Of a stretch of 64,000 nucleotides of DNA, positions 26,817-39,991 are shown piece by piece. Each line of letters begins with the position of its first letter. The first letter of the stretch is position 1. Origin of the DNA: Bugula neritina (taxonomy: Eukaryota > Animalia > Bryozoa); assembly GCA_964035545.1 (NCBI GenBank), contig OZ037766.1, forward strand, positions 930,001-994,000, given 5' to 3'. The notes under the pieces were generated by a model. The model ran no database searches. It had not been told where the DNA came from and saw only the letters and a program-made list of their open reading frames with translations. The translations under genes were made by a program, and so were the position numbers.

Positions 26817-27109
26817 CTCCCTGCAGATGTCTCTTCATTTGTTGAAGACAGCAATTTGAACCCTGGAACAGAAGATGACCTTTGAAAGGTCGACAGCGAA
26901 GAGTCTGGAGAGGAAGTGCCCGGCGCCTGTTCCGGCAGCAGCGTAGGATTAGATCGTCTCCTCTGCCGAGTATACAGAGAGGGCAACTCCCACGTCAGCT
27001 CCGACGACATCGGGGACGACCCCTTGACCACAGTTGGTCTCGGCAGGCGCAAGTGCACCGAGGAACGTGACGCTTGCTTTTCTACCATTTCTCGATGCCG
27101 TTTATTCAT
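26817..27109 (-). CDS. Candidate alternative Kv1 first coding exon B (MNKRHREMVEKQASRSS...EETSAGR)
   Basis: GC-rich open frame inside AT-rich intron; ATG 27109 (in-frame TAG upstream at 27226-27224), 97 codons + 2 nt, donor GAG|GTATGT, phase 2. Confidence 0.65.
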
Positions 27110-29309
27110 TGTTGTGATGTCATTTCCTTCCCTTACATTTGCTAGCTTGACTCGTGTTGCTCGTGATGGACTCAAATCGAGTATAGTTGAATGCTTGTAC
27201 CGAGAAATACGGTCACAGTTGTACTACTGACTGGAAAATCTCTGCATTGCCAGTGTGTATGCAGTTACACGTGTACGAGTGTTTGTTCACTGAAGTAGCT
27301 ATTGCAGTAGCATGTTGGCATCAAACGCATATACTACTTTATTACTGCGTTGATAGAGATAAATATTTTTCTAACTAGATATATATAGCCTACTCAAGCA
27401 TTGCTACCCTATCCAAGGTACATTATTAGGGCAGGAGTGCTACAATAAATTATAATATAATTAAATACCATTGGAGTAGGTATTACACTTATGCTGGTAA
27501 TGACTTAGAGCCTGAGATGTTTGCCTTTGAAACAGGCCTAATCTTCTACGCCTACACTTTCAACTTCTAAACACCCAACAGCTCCCTGCCCGCATAATAC
27601 TCCCTAATATTTAGCCTTGGATCTTACAATTCATATATAAAACTCTAAATAAGTGGTACACAAGCAATGGAATAACTTAAAGGGAGGCTACCTTAATATG
27701 ATCTTGCTGTGTAAATATTGTAAACATTATCTTTGGGTTTCAGTCTACAATATGCAGACATGGCATTTCTATGTACAGGTTCTATTCATACTGTTATAAT
27801 ACAATTAGTTGGTGTTTCAACATAGCTGCACCTCAGCTATCAGGGGGTAGTTATAAATTCCTTAGCTCTAGCAGCACTGGGGTGCTAGAGATGTTTATAT
27901 GCAAAAATATATTTCTTCTAAATCACACAAACAATTTTACTATATAAAACCGTTCCTTGTTCCATGAACACAATATTACTATTATTACAGTTGACCTAAC
28001 AAAATCCAACAGCCAATTAGGTGAAGGATTATATTAGCTTCTTGTCATCTTTAATTGATCGTTTAGTGAATCAGTTAATCAGGATAAAGTGCCAACTAAT
28101 TACGTGGTCAATGATGTTTATAACAACTATCTTTGCACACCAAGGCCGAAATAATAAGGAGTTATCTTCTCAGCTTGCGCAGTAATTGCTGAGAAAATAA
28201 CTCCAAATTTCTTGCCAACTGCAACATGATATTGAATCACCAGAGAATAATATGCTTAGCTACAAAAAGTTTAATAGAGAGCCGATGTTATGAGACGTTT
28301 TAATTTTTAATTTCACTTTTGAGATTGTGATCTTATTTTGAATATATTGTAAATATTCAATATACAGCAGACAAAGACGCCTCGAATTTGCAAACCAGCT
28401 TCCAAAATAATGACACAAAATATGAAACGCTTCCACCTCTTTTACAGTGATAAGGAATACAGCTGTGTAATTTGCTATTCCATAGATTCTCAATACTAAA
28501 AGTTAGGCATACATAGAAAAAAGTAAATTGTCAAGGAATACATTTCTATAAGCATGAATTTGCCTTATGTAACAGAAAATGTGATGATGTCAGAAACTTA
28601 TTTAATGTTATATACACTATGATACTATTTGATAAATCAAATAAATAAATCAAAATAATTTTGAGGTCTTATATATATCATTGGAATCAAGTAAATAGAG
28701 TTATTCCCCCCAAAAGCTTGCTGCTAAAACAACTTTATTATATAAAGTCGAATATTTTAGTCAATTTAAAACTCTGTATGCATGATTAATATGAATGTAA
28801 TATGTATTTGAATGTGTTCTCATTATTCTTATTCCAATAACAAAGAGATTTTTTTTATAAAAAAAACTATTTTAGTACAACAATGAAGCTTAGTTTACTT
28901 TTACAAAATGTTGTGATTTGGCACTATCGGTAAAACTATATATTCTGGTAGCTTCAAAGGCAAGTGTTAAATTATTCACAATCAGTTTTAGATATACAAG
29001 TGAATCTTTTGAAAATCTTGCCTGACGCTAAGAAGAAGAAAGGATGAGGTTTTCTATTGTCATGTCATCAATAAGTTTCACAATAGAGTGTTCTGTGTCC
29101 TTCACACATTTGTTATAACGTTCAATATTAATAAATCAATAGTCATTCTGTATCTGCCACTCAAAACCAGCTGTAGTTATTCTTTGTATAGATGAGTCTA
29201 CACTTTCATGGCATGAAACCTCAACACTACTAGCTGTTTCAGCAATGTTCTATGAGACAAAACTATAACACACACACACTCACACACACACACACACACA
29301 CACACATAC

Positions 29310-29368
29310 TGGTCGACTGATCGCCGGAATTGGCTGGGGCAGTTAATAGAGAGTGTCGTAACGGCCAT
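29310..29368 (-). CDS. Candidate alternative Kv1 first coding exon C (MAVTTLSINCPSQFRRSVDQ)
   Basis: Local GC-rich island; ATG 29368, 19 codons + 2 nt, donor CA|GTATGT, phase 2; hydrophobic start followed by basic residues. Confidence 0.5.
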
Positions 29369-31471
29369 CACAAGGGGCAACGACTCCCTTGAGAGAAAGC
29401 ATTATGTGTCTTTATTACCAGTACAACTATTTTTAGCACGCAAGCAGAAGTAACATTGTAGAAACACACAGGGGTTCAACTGAAAGAAATGAGTAGCTTA
29501 GCAATGAATAAAATACTGAGCGCTGTTGTTATATAATGACGAGACATATCAATGTAAGCTTCATTGAAAATCATATATACTTTGAAAAAGCATCAAATAT
29601 ATTAGAGATTGAATAACATGCAGTATAAATGCCTTAGAGCCTCAAACCTTGGCACTGTGGTTGTGCCAGTCCTGACTAAAATAGGCCATCTAGAATAAAG
29701 TTGAAATTAAAAAATGGTTTTAAACTTGTGTCTTGCAACAAAGCAGTGTTTACTTTTTATGAAACTGTTTAGATTTTTTGAAATAATGTGTTTCATTCAA
29801 CTCCTACCACATCACAACTTATCACAACTAAACAATTCACTAAGAGCTTGCTTGCAGCCCAATAAACTTAGTGAATAGTTAATATATAATATGTAAGATT
29901 ATTTACAGTTTGAACCATCAAAATTTTAACAGATAGTTATTTGCATATAACCTGGAGCTGTTGATATCCACCATCTTTTAAATGAAGTATTTAAAAGTTT
30001 ACAGAAATACTTTTTGTGTGACAAACTTTTCAATACAATTAAATTATTTTTTAATACAATACTTTTTAATAACAATTTGTTGCTCTACACAAAACATAAT
30101 GCGTAGCAATAGCTGAGAAATTTCTCAATAATTCACTCAAAACTTTGTAGATAGATTTCACTGGAATTTATCAATTAATACTCTAGGGGAGGGGTGTCTG
30201 GTGCACCCATACTACCATCTCCCAGTCCAATGCTGTGGGACAACACTCTGTACACACAGAGCTGAATTTTACACTGGTAAAAAGGCAAACCCACAACAAC
30301 AGTTATAATTAAAGTATCTTTTCAAAGGTCAAAGTTCGAATTTGGCTGATTTGAATCACTACTTGTTAGTTTGGTAAACTCCAATACCTCATTGAGAGCA
30401 ACTTCTAACCTCCAACTTAAACAGTACAGTATGCAAAATAAAAGAGAATGTCATTACATGATCCTGCAGTCATAGCCACTTGAGTATATTAAATAACAAA
30501 GACCAGGGCCCTTGAACACTCTTGGCTTGTTTTCACTGTAAATTGATACAGTGCAGAGCTGCAAACAGCTTGCAGTGTTTGCATGTGTGAAAATTAAAAC
30601 GTTACAGCAATATTTTTACTTGACCCATGTTTCATCTCACTGATACCAATTAAACTGAAACCAAATTGCACTGATGGAGATAAGAATGAGTTTATTATAT
30701 ATTTCAGAGGGTAGTCTGCATGCGTGTTTTAAATGCAGCAATTGCTTCATAACCTATAAATACTCTTGCCTCATGCTTCTAGTTTACTAATGGGCTTGAA
30801 CCTTCAAAATGGCAGTTCTTCTAATCCTATAAACAACATAATTAGCTTCTCGTAAGATTTAGAAACTTGTTATTCGAACACACCTATCCTAGAAACAGTA
30901 GCTCTTTCTCTCCACCCCTCTCTCTCTTCCCCACTGTAGCTCACTCTTTCTCTCTCCCTCCCCCCTTCCCCCCCTCTCTCACTCTCTCTCTCTTATTTAG
31001 AGTTTGCAGTTTTCTTTAGAAAACCATTTATTATTGTTAATTTATTTTGCCTGTGTTAATGTGTAATGTCTACATTAAAGTCTAATGCCTCAAATAATAC
31101 ACAATATTTGTAAACTTTTGCGATAGATAGTGTTTTCAATAATGTGTAATTCTTTCAACAAGGGTTAGTTTCTATAGCATGAAAAAGTTTACTGAAATTA
31201 ATTAGTTACACAATTAATTAGTTTCACAACATACACACCACACAAACAACGCACAAGGCTTGTTTATATTCGACATGGTTTGCCAGCTATGTGCCTCAAG
31301 CTAAAACCTCCTTTCTTTGAGTTATTTAAAGTCATCATATCGTATGAAATATTAAACTATAAAAAATTTATATTCACAGTAAAATCCTTGCAACAACCAA
31401 CAACTTACGTCTACAAATAACAGGTAACAACCTACGTCTACTAATATAACAGATGATATGTAACAACTTAC

Positions 31472-31521
31472 GAACTGACACCTCCTGGTCGTGGAGTAGC
31501 TTGGTTGACTGCCACCTGCAT
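31472..31521 (-). CDS. Candidate alternative Kv1 first coding exon D (MQVAVNQATPRPGGVSS)
   Basis: ATG 31521, 16 codons + 2 nt, perfect donor TC|GTAAGT, phase 2; MQVAV resembles the MEVAM start of exon A. Confidence 0.6.
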
Positions 31522-32007
31522 TATATTCCAGGGTTAAGAGAAATTCTTCCAGAGTTGTAGAAATCTAGAATAATCCAGAGAGAAGTTCACAAACTTTCCT
31601 GTTACATAATCACAAAGAAATCTAAACAGAAGGCGAGAAAGTCATCTCTCTATTTTAGAGGAGTAAATGGCAGCCGATTGACAAAACGCCGGCTAAATAC
31701 TTTTTATTCAACGGCTGTTTGCTCCCAAAATCAATTTCTATTATGCAGTTGGCAATGCGCAGCCAATACACTTTAGGAGTATAATGTTACTATTGATATT
31801 GATGATATGGGATTATCATACAAAATGTAATACTAATACCAGTTACAATAAACATTAAATATGTGTGTACAGCTTTTGATGTAAATGCATAGAGGAAGCC
31901 CCTGAGATTAATATCTTCTACAGAATTCACCTAGACTATTACTGTAACAGTGTTGTGCAGGAGATAGGCAGAGGGCTTTGTAGTCAGATACAGTATAGTG
32001 TTACAAT

Positions 32008-32488
32008 ATGTGTCTACTAGGTGTCTAATAGGTGTCTACTATGTGTCTACCAGGTGTCTAATAGGTGTCTACTAGGTGTCTACTAGGTGTCTACCAGGTG
32101 TCTAATAGGTGTCTACTAGGTGTCTAATAGGTTTCCACTATATGTGTCTAATAGGTGTCTAATAGGTGTCCACAATATGTGTCTACTATGTGTCTACTAT
32201 AAGTGTCTACTAGGTGTCCACTATAGGTGTCTACTAGGTGTCTAATAGGTGTCTAATAGGTGTCCACAATATGTGTCTACTATGTGTCTACTATAAGTGT
32301 CTACTAGGTGTCCACTATAGGTGTCTACTAGGTGTCTAATAGGTGTCCACTATATGTGTCTAATAGGTGTCTACTAGGTGTCTACTATGTGTCTATGAGG
32401 TGTCTACTATGTGTCTATATAAGGTGTCTAATAGGTGTCCACTATATGTGTCTACTAGGTGTCCACTATATGTGTCTAATAGGTGTCC
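32008..32488. repeat. Minisatellite, 11-13-bp unit TAGGTGTCTAC / TAGGTGTCTAA
   Basis: About 40 degenerate tandem copies. Confidence 0.9.
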
Positions 32489-34582
32489 ATGCATGCTGAT
32501 ACAGACATTATAGATTTATTGAAAATAAAAAAAATGAAAAAAATTAGTTTCTACTCAATCATGATTAGTGACAATAAAATTCATACTAAATAACACAACT
32601 TTCTTTGTTTGTAGCAAATATAGTATAGAGCCAAAAACTAATGTTTTTGAATAAAATTTTGGTAAAACATTAATTTGCATTTTAGAACATATTTTTGATT
32701 CCCCAAAAGATAGCTTTTTATAAACTAAACTCATTATATTTAGAGAAAAACAATTGAATGGAGTTCTGGTCTAAATGGAATAGCTACATACAAACCAGCT
32801 CTGGGACTGGGTCAGCTAAGGAAATATGTCTATATAGTCAACATTCTCCTGTTGATTATGCAACACAAAGGACTAGTTTCTCCTTACAAGTATTTTTAAG
32901 ATAACAATTAAATTAAATTAGACAAATTATCAGCGCCAGCACCTTATGACACAGTTGCTATCGACTTTGCTATAGCTACTATATAATGGAAAGCACTAAG
33001 GCTATATAAAGGCAAGCACTAAGGCTATGTAAAAGAAAGTACCAGAGTTATGCTATGAAGTGTTGAGTACACACTCAATAAACTGCCCTTAAATCAAAGG
33101 CTGAATATATCAACTGATTTTAGTTTCTTTAAACACCACAATAATGCTGCTGAAATACCAAGTAAATAATTCATGACCCTGAGAGATGGTGGGGGGGGGG
33201 GGGGAGGGGCTAGCTCTGTGAGTCAGTTAGTTAATTAAGGGCTAACTAGCCTATTAAGTGAATCCACTTAGATCAACTGCATTCTTCTTTCTTTATTGAT
33301 TTCAACATACTATATGTGCATGCTGCTGGAATACATTGCTTGATTCTCAGACTATGTGGACATACTGTTAGAAATTGGACTACGAGATTTTATAGTCAGG
33401 ATCTGCCAGTTCTAAATCCACACTTTATTATAAAGGTTGAAACAAGTTATTGCTTTTTGAAAACATGTATAATTGAATTACATATTATTGTTTAGGAGAC
33501 TTTTGATAATTGTAAACAAATATTACGCTGTTGATCAGCAAAATCATCAAAAGCTTTAACTAGAGCCAGTAAAGAATAACAATGCAATGTCTAACCCAAG
33601 ATACAGTCATATTATGATGATCAACTTTGCACACTCTAGCTGAGTAACGCCCACTAAACTCATGTGCAGTGGCCATCTTGTACCCTTGACCACTTTAATT
33701 CCATCTTGACCAACTAAACCACTTAGGGTAATGGTTCGTTAGAACAAGAATGAATAGAAGTATTATAAGTTTGAAGAGCTACTAAAATTGATTTTTAATG
33801 ACTCAAAAATAAATTTCCACTCTATCAAGGACAAAACTCTGTTTAAAGATGGAAATAAGTTAGTGAAAGAGAGAATGTGTTAAACAATTATGTGAAAATA
33901 ACAATTATCTATTTATACATTGCTTTGATGTCGAATAAGAAAATAATTAGTAGTGTAAACTTAAGAAATTAGCAAATGTAGTTCAAATGCAGCAAGACTA
34001 TAAAAGTTGGTGATTTAATTTTTCACCCTGTCACACAAATTTCACTGGTCATTAGAGAAACTTATTTACTCTCAACAGTTGACATGACAAGGCTGTGTGT
34101 ACAGATAATTAAATGAGAAGTGAATGGAGTCGAAATTAGAAAAGAGAGGAAATGCAGAAGCATTCCCATGAAGCAAAAAGCATAGTGTTTTATTTCATAC
34201 TTAAAGTACAAAAGTAATTATAAAAAAAGTGTTCAAAAAATATTCCTATGAAAACTACTGGGCAGAGCAGCACATAAGCTGAATATAATATTATTAACTA
34301 AAAAGCTTTTGAATATCATACAAATGATATATTGAATAAAATACAAAACAGCTGCTTTGCTCAAAACACAAGCAAATTGGTCTTCATAAACCTGTTAGAA
34401 ATAGTACCAACCTTATCTGGTTAATAAAAGCAACAGAATAAAGAAATACATTTCCTTATGAAAAGTAATGGATATAACATGAGAAGTTGAGTATATTTCA
34501 GCTGCAAGGCCGTCATCTAGGACTACATTATTGTCACATTGTGCAGGTCATAGCAATAGGACTGTCCAATCAGAGTGGATAA

Positions 34583-37500
34583 TCAGCTAAGTTGTATAAC
34601 CCTGGCTCCATCAGCAGCTGAACACTCTATAAACGTAGCTCTTCCCTGATACCTTTTCTGAAGTTAGGAAACAGATGACGTTTTCAAGCAGTCAAAAAAC
34701 TAAGTACAAACACAGGACATTTAACGAGAAGTTAAATTCATTTACGTACACGCATGTCAATTATCTCCAAGTCTCTTCAAATCTAGTCTATTATAACTGA
34801 CGCAATAACTGATATTTCTATGTTGGGTATACTTTGGAGTTACCCCCTCTAACAAAAGAAGGTGATTTCTGCAAGCAGTGTCTATTCAATACCTCCAACA
34901 TATTAGACATTAATACAACAGCAATAGGATGCCTGTAGATTGAGGTATAATATAATACACACAACTGGCCAACAGTTCCACGACTGAATTTTATAGGCTA
35001 GCACTAGTTGGAATTCTTAAAAAACATTATAACTTTACACAAATGCTACTAAACTTTGAATTAAACAGCCATAACACCGAAAGTAAAACACAAATTTGAG
35101 TGTATTCTGGTTGCCTGGCAACTAGCTCATCTAAACAAACAGGATACACTACTTCCTGTACACTACTTCCTGTACTCTACTTCCTGTACACTACTAAAAT
35201 ATGATAAGTAGAGGAAGTGGAGTTGCTACTCACAGTGACTTCCTGTTTGATAGTGTCGACAGCCGTGGTATCGCAAAGGGTCACCGTGCACCCACCGAAT
35301 CCACCTCCAGTCATCCGAGAGCCGTAAACTCCTCCAGGAAGTGACATCACAATCTCTACTAAGCTGTCCAGTTCTGGACAGGAAACCTCAAAATCATCCC
35401 TATAAGAGAATACAGGTACAGACTACCTACAGGTACAGACTACCTACAGGTACAGACTACCTACAGGTACAGATTACCTACAGGTACAGATTACCTACAG
35501 GTACAGACTACCTACAGGTACAGAGTACCTACAGGTAGAGACTACCTACAGGTACAGACTACCTACAGGTAGAGAGTACCTACAGGTAAGGACTAAAGCG
35601 CAGAGTACCTGGTGGATTCTACAGAAAGGCAAAACTGAGTCTCACCTGAGAGAATCTCACTTGAGGGAACTCACCTGAGGGAACTCACCTGAGGGAACTC
35701 ACCTGAGGGAACTCACATGAAGGAACTCACCTGAGAGAATTGTGACTGTCCACCATAAGTCTGCCGAATGTCTCCAAGTCTCCACCTTCCAGAGATGTGA
35801 CAGCTTCTTCTGTCCTCCGTATCTCCGAGATGACATGACGAGCTCTTCGGTATATCAGTTCATCCAGCTTCTGAGAGGAAAGTATGACTCATGCATTGCA
35901 TGACAAATAAATATAAACATAGTGATTGCGCAATAACATTTCCATGCTTTAGAATGAATATTCCATTCGATGCTTGGAAACAGTTGCATTCAATGAAACC
36001 CAACTATAAGTTAATGCAAACCACAACCCAAATTAATTAGTATGGGCAGCTATTCACAAGTAACAGAAACCCATTGATAGACTCTCCCCAATAGCAGCGC
36101 CCTGAGAGACTAACCCACCCACACACAGACTGATGTAACTGGAGAACCTTTCAGAATCTGAAAGAAAGAAACTCACAGACTGGTGCTGCCGGAGCAGCTG
36201 GAGGTCAGCGGAGCGTAAACTGGGAACCCCTAGAGCTGCGGCAGCGTCAGCACAGTTCTGTCTCCTAGAGGGATATTCACTCCCAGTCAGCTGATGCTTG
36301 ACGTTACAGTTGATGATGAGGATGGACTTTCCACTGAGGTCTAGACGGACCAGCTTACTCTCTTTACTCCTTCAAACAAGAGAGATCATCATGAGTATGA
36401 GCTATCAGAAATTGTTCACAGACTTTTCTAATGACTTCCATACATTAGAGTAAGAAATATTACAAACTGCTTATCAAGAATCACTGCTGAGAAACTAAAC
36501 TGTAATGATTTGCATTACCTAAACAAATAACACTAGCTATCACTAAGTATCAACTTGCAGCAAAGAGAAAGACTCACATAATACAACCAGTTGTAAGCCA
36601 AGAAGTTTACAGTTTCTAACACTTTAGATTTTGTTTAAAAGAGAGGAATGATTGAATTAATTGTCTAGAAAGTTTGCATTGAAAAGTTTCAACAGAAAAG
36701 CAAAATAACACACTTTGTTTTAAGTTAATAGAATTAGCTAAAGAAAGAAGATACAACTCTTCAACATACTTGCAGTCTATGAGCAAGGCGTGGTCCCTGC
36801 ACCCCATGGCTGATACAAACTGATCCATAATACCGCAAGGCATTCCGGCAAACGTGTGTTCTGCCCTCTGGCAGGTGAGAGCTTTCTCCAGCTGTGAGCA
36901 CTCAGTGGGGAACAGCGACTCTAACAGTGTGTGGGTGGAGACTTCAACAGAGGCGGAGCTAGACAGCCCACCCCCTAGAGGCACGGAAGTGCTGACCACC
37001 ATATCAAATCCGGAGACAACTCCTACAATTGGTTGCAGACGTTGATTAGACGAAGTATGTGGTACTTTGAGTTTCTTTAGTGCAATAACAAGTTTATTGA
37101 GCATAGTTGATGCCAGAGATGTGACTACATAGTACTGCTATAGCATCTCTTAAACAGCATGACTCAGAATACCAGAACATTCTAGAAGCATCAAGTGACA
37201 TAAGATGATGAGTCATATCATCTTCATATGAGTAACAAACAATGAGTACTATTGTAGGAGATTAGCTTCTATAAACTGTAAGGGAAACTAACCATGTTCA
37301 TGTCATACGATGAATCACAATGCAGCTGCCAAGTTATTTTTAGATTTGAATTTAATATGAGCAGCTATTTGTAAGAAACTACTAACCCTTGTAATGAGCT
37401 ATGACGCCTTTGATATAGTTGGCCCAAGATGGAGACCCGGGAGATAATTTATTCTCCTCACTCGGAACAGGAAATGAGGTAAACTGAGGCTTGTCGACAT

Positions 37501-37959
37501 CCTCTGATGCAGTAAAGACTCGGATAACATCCTCTCCATTGAGTTTACCAGTTGCTAAGGTTACCAGCGGAATGGCCTGCAGTGAAATAGAAAAACTGAG
37601 AGAAATAAAACAGGGTTCAGCACCACAATGTTAAATTGGATTAACAAATAAAGAGATAAGAGTTAACCTTTAAATGTTTCTATTAGATAAAAGTTTATAC
37701 AGAACTGATAAAGGATAATAGAAAAATTTCTTTTAGTCACCTAAAAACAGTAAAATTGAGTCAACTTGAAAACTCTTACAATAGGGAAGACAAATCCATC
37801 GTTGTAATCGGTGTGTTCACCAATCAAATTGACTCGGCCAGGGGCAAATGCTGCATGTGTTGGCTTTGCTGAAAATTTCTCTTGAAAAGTTGATTGAGCT
37901 TGCTGCAGCAGGTCTTTCGTACTTTCAGGCAAATCATTGATAGACACCACTTGACTCAT
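34583..37959 (-). CDS. GALK1: Galactokinase, 7 coding exons, 398 aa
   Basis: Exons 37959-37780, 37576-37387, 37022-36770, 36369-36177, 35870-35731, 35399-35234, 34657-34583; all GT-AG, phases consistent (1197 nt). Motifs [59 protein letters not shown]. Confidence 0.95.
35411..35587. repeat. Intronic minisatellite, 17-bp unit TACAGGTACAGACTACC
   Basis: About 10 copies ending ~10 nt from the GALK exon-6 acceptor. Confidence 0.9.
35641..35740. repeat. Intronic 14-bp repeat CTCACCTGAGGGAA that copies the GALK exon-5 donor
   Basis: Minus-strand unit TTCCCTCAGGTGAG, about 7 copies; the first overlaps the true donor at 35731/35730. Confidence 0.88.
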
Positions 37960-38010
37960 CTGGTAAGGATAAATTATTTTACAAACTGATTTATCTTCAC
38001 TGTTTAACAG

Positions 38011-38265
38011 TAGCTGAATAAGTTATAGTATAGCTGAATAAGTTATAGTATGGCTGGCTGAATGAGTTATAGTACAACAGCTGAATAAGTTATAGTATAG
38101 CTGAATGAGTTATAGTATAGCTGAAGAAGTTATAGTATAGCTGAATGAGTTATAGTATAGCTGAATGAGTTATAGTATAGCTGAATGAGTTATAGTAGAG
38201 CTGAATGAGTTATAGTATAGCTGAATGAGTTATAGTATAGCTGAATAAGTTATAGTATGGCTGAA
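38011..38265. repeat. Minisatellite, 20-bp unit AGCTGAATGAGTTATAGTAT
   Basis: About 12 copies just upstream of the GALK ATG exon. Confidence 0.9.
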
Positions 38266-39195
38266 AAAGCTACAAGTGCAGTCATAGTAAGAGGAACTGC
38301 TACAGTAATTTTACAATATAATTATAAAAGTTTGACAACATTACCCAACTTAAACATCCACTAAAATACTGTTACATGACGTAGTAATTAAAAACTAAAT
38401 TCCAAGACATTGAATATTAAAATGAAAATTAAGTTGAAGTTGAATATGTCTTTCTATATACCAGTAGTTGTCAAATAGATGCTAAGTTAAATTTTTTTTA
38501 ATTTAGCATACAGCTGCGAGAACCTCACTATGAGCTTGCGTAACAATGGTGCTGACAAGTCTTAGTTTGATATTCACATGAAATGTCAAAATAAATTCTT
38601 TTTAAAAGAAATTTAAAAATGTTCGTTGCTTAAAATAAAAACCAAACAATAACAGTTTTTAATAAACAAGAGAATTGTTATTTGACAGGCACACTTGCTA
38701 TAACTATTGGTATGTTGAAAAAAGTTCACTACATCTCAGCCTAGTAAAAAATACATTTAGGCTGAACCAGTTTAAGCCTCAGTGTAACCAAATAAATATA
38801 ATTGAAAACCATCATTAATATGAATACATTAGTTCACTACCCAGCTGTGTTAGTCATTTCATGTAGTTTCAAACTAAAAAAGATTGGCTTGAAGACAATC
38901 GTAATACTTGTGATTTTGTTGGATACAATGAAAATATGATGAACATCATTAAAAATATAATACTACTCCTAAGCATAGCACAAGCTCAAATAAAAACATT
39001 TAAATTCATATTGATACCGTCAAAGTCATTAGAAATAGATGGCAGAACTTTCTCCCAATTCAATTTTTTTAACAATACACAAACTCAAAGACAATATTTG
39101 AATAAATCACAATACTAATATCAAATTACAATAATGAGATTGCACTGATGGCCAGTTATATTGAGTTATTGTCAGTTTACTTGAAGCTGACTAGC

Positions 39196-39279
39196 AGTAG
39201 TACTACTACTAGTAGTAGTACTACTGCTAGTCTAGTAGACGTAGTACTAGTACTACTACTACTACTACTACTAGTTTAT

Positions 39280-39365
<86 letters not shown>

Positions 39366-39410
39366 GCACTATACTAGTACTAGTAGTAGTACAGGTACTA
39401 CTACTAGGAA
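39196..39410. repeat. (CTA)n microsatellite with degenerate flanks
   Basis: Pure run ~39280-39365; source of the poly-Y and poly-V ORFs. Confidence 0.92.
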
Positions 39411-39732
39411 ATTGAATATTCATGTTTAGGTTTAGTTGAGTAATTATTATTAGGAACAAACTTGCACGAGAGGTGTGTATTAAAATACCATTAAATAAAC
39501 TCGAGTGCTTACGACAATACTTTATTGTTCCTTTATGCAACATAAAATATGAGATCAACTGCAAAAATAACAAGAAATAAATGTATTTAGTGACTTCTGC
39601 AGGCCAAAATCGCAATGTTTGCAGTTAATGTAAACAGCCTGCAGCGAGCTCGAATGGCGTAAATGAACACTGTTCAATGTTATTGCGAAAGGACTATTCG
39701 TTAATCCCCCATTATTTGATCAGTAATAAACT

Positions 39733-39881
39733 AGAAAACTCGCGAAAAGTTGGTGATTACTGATTTGGTAGTTACAAATACAGCACCGTCCTATAATTGG
39801 CTAAAAGTGGAAATTCCCGAAGCTACCACGTGTTGCTAGAAAATTCTACACCCCTGGGGAAGGTTCATTTAGGATATAAAA
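39733..39881 (+). promoter_or_regulatory. HSP70 copy 1 promoter: heat-shock elements and TATA box
   Basis: GAAaaCTCgcGAA (39734), GGAaaTTCccGAAgcTAC (~39809), GAAaaTTC (~39839), GAAggTTC (~39859), TATAAAA 39875; ATTGG at ~39796. Confidence 0.8.
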
Positions 39882-39991
39882 AGGGAGTTTGTTTTACACC
39901 TTGCCATTCACATTCTTCTAACGATAGAAGCTACTACAACTAATACGGTTGCTACTAGAAGACTAGAATTTACAACACACTATTTAACAAT

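Noticed and set aside
36616-37104. ORF-track proteins at GALK, CYC1 and VAT1 taken as stand-alone genes
   Set aside because: They are single exons read through into flanking introns.
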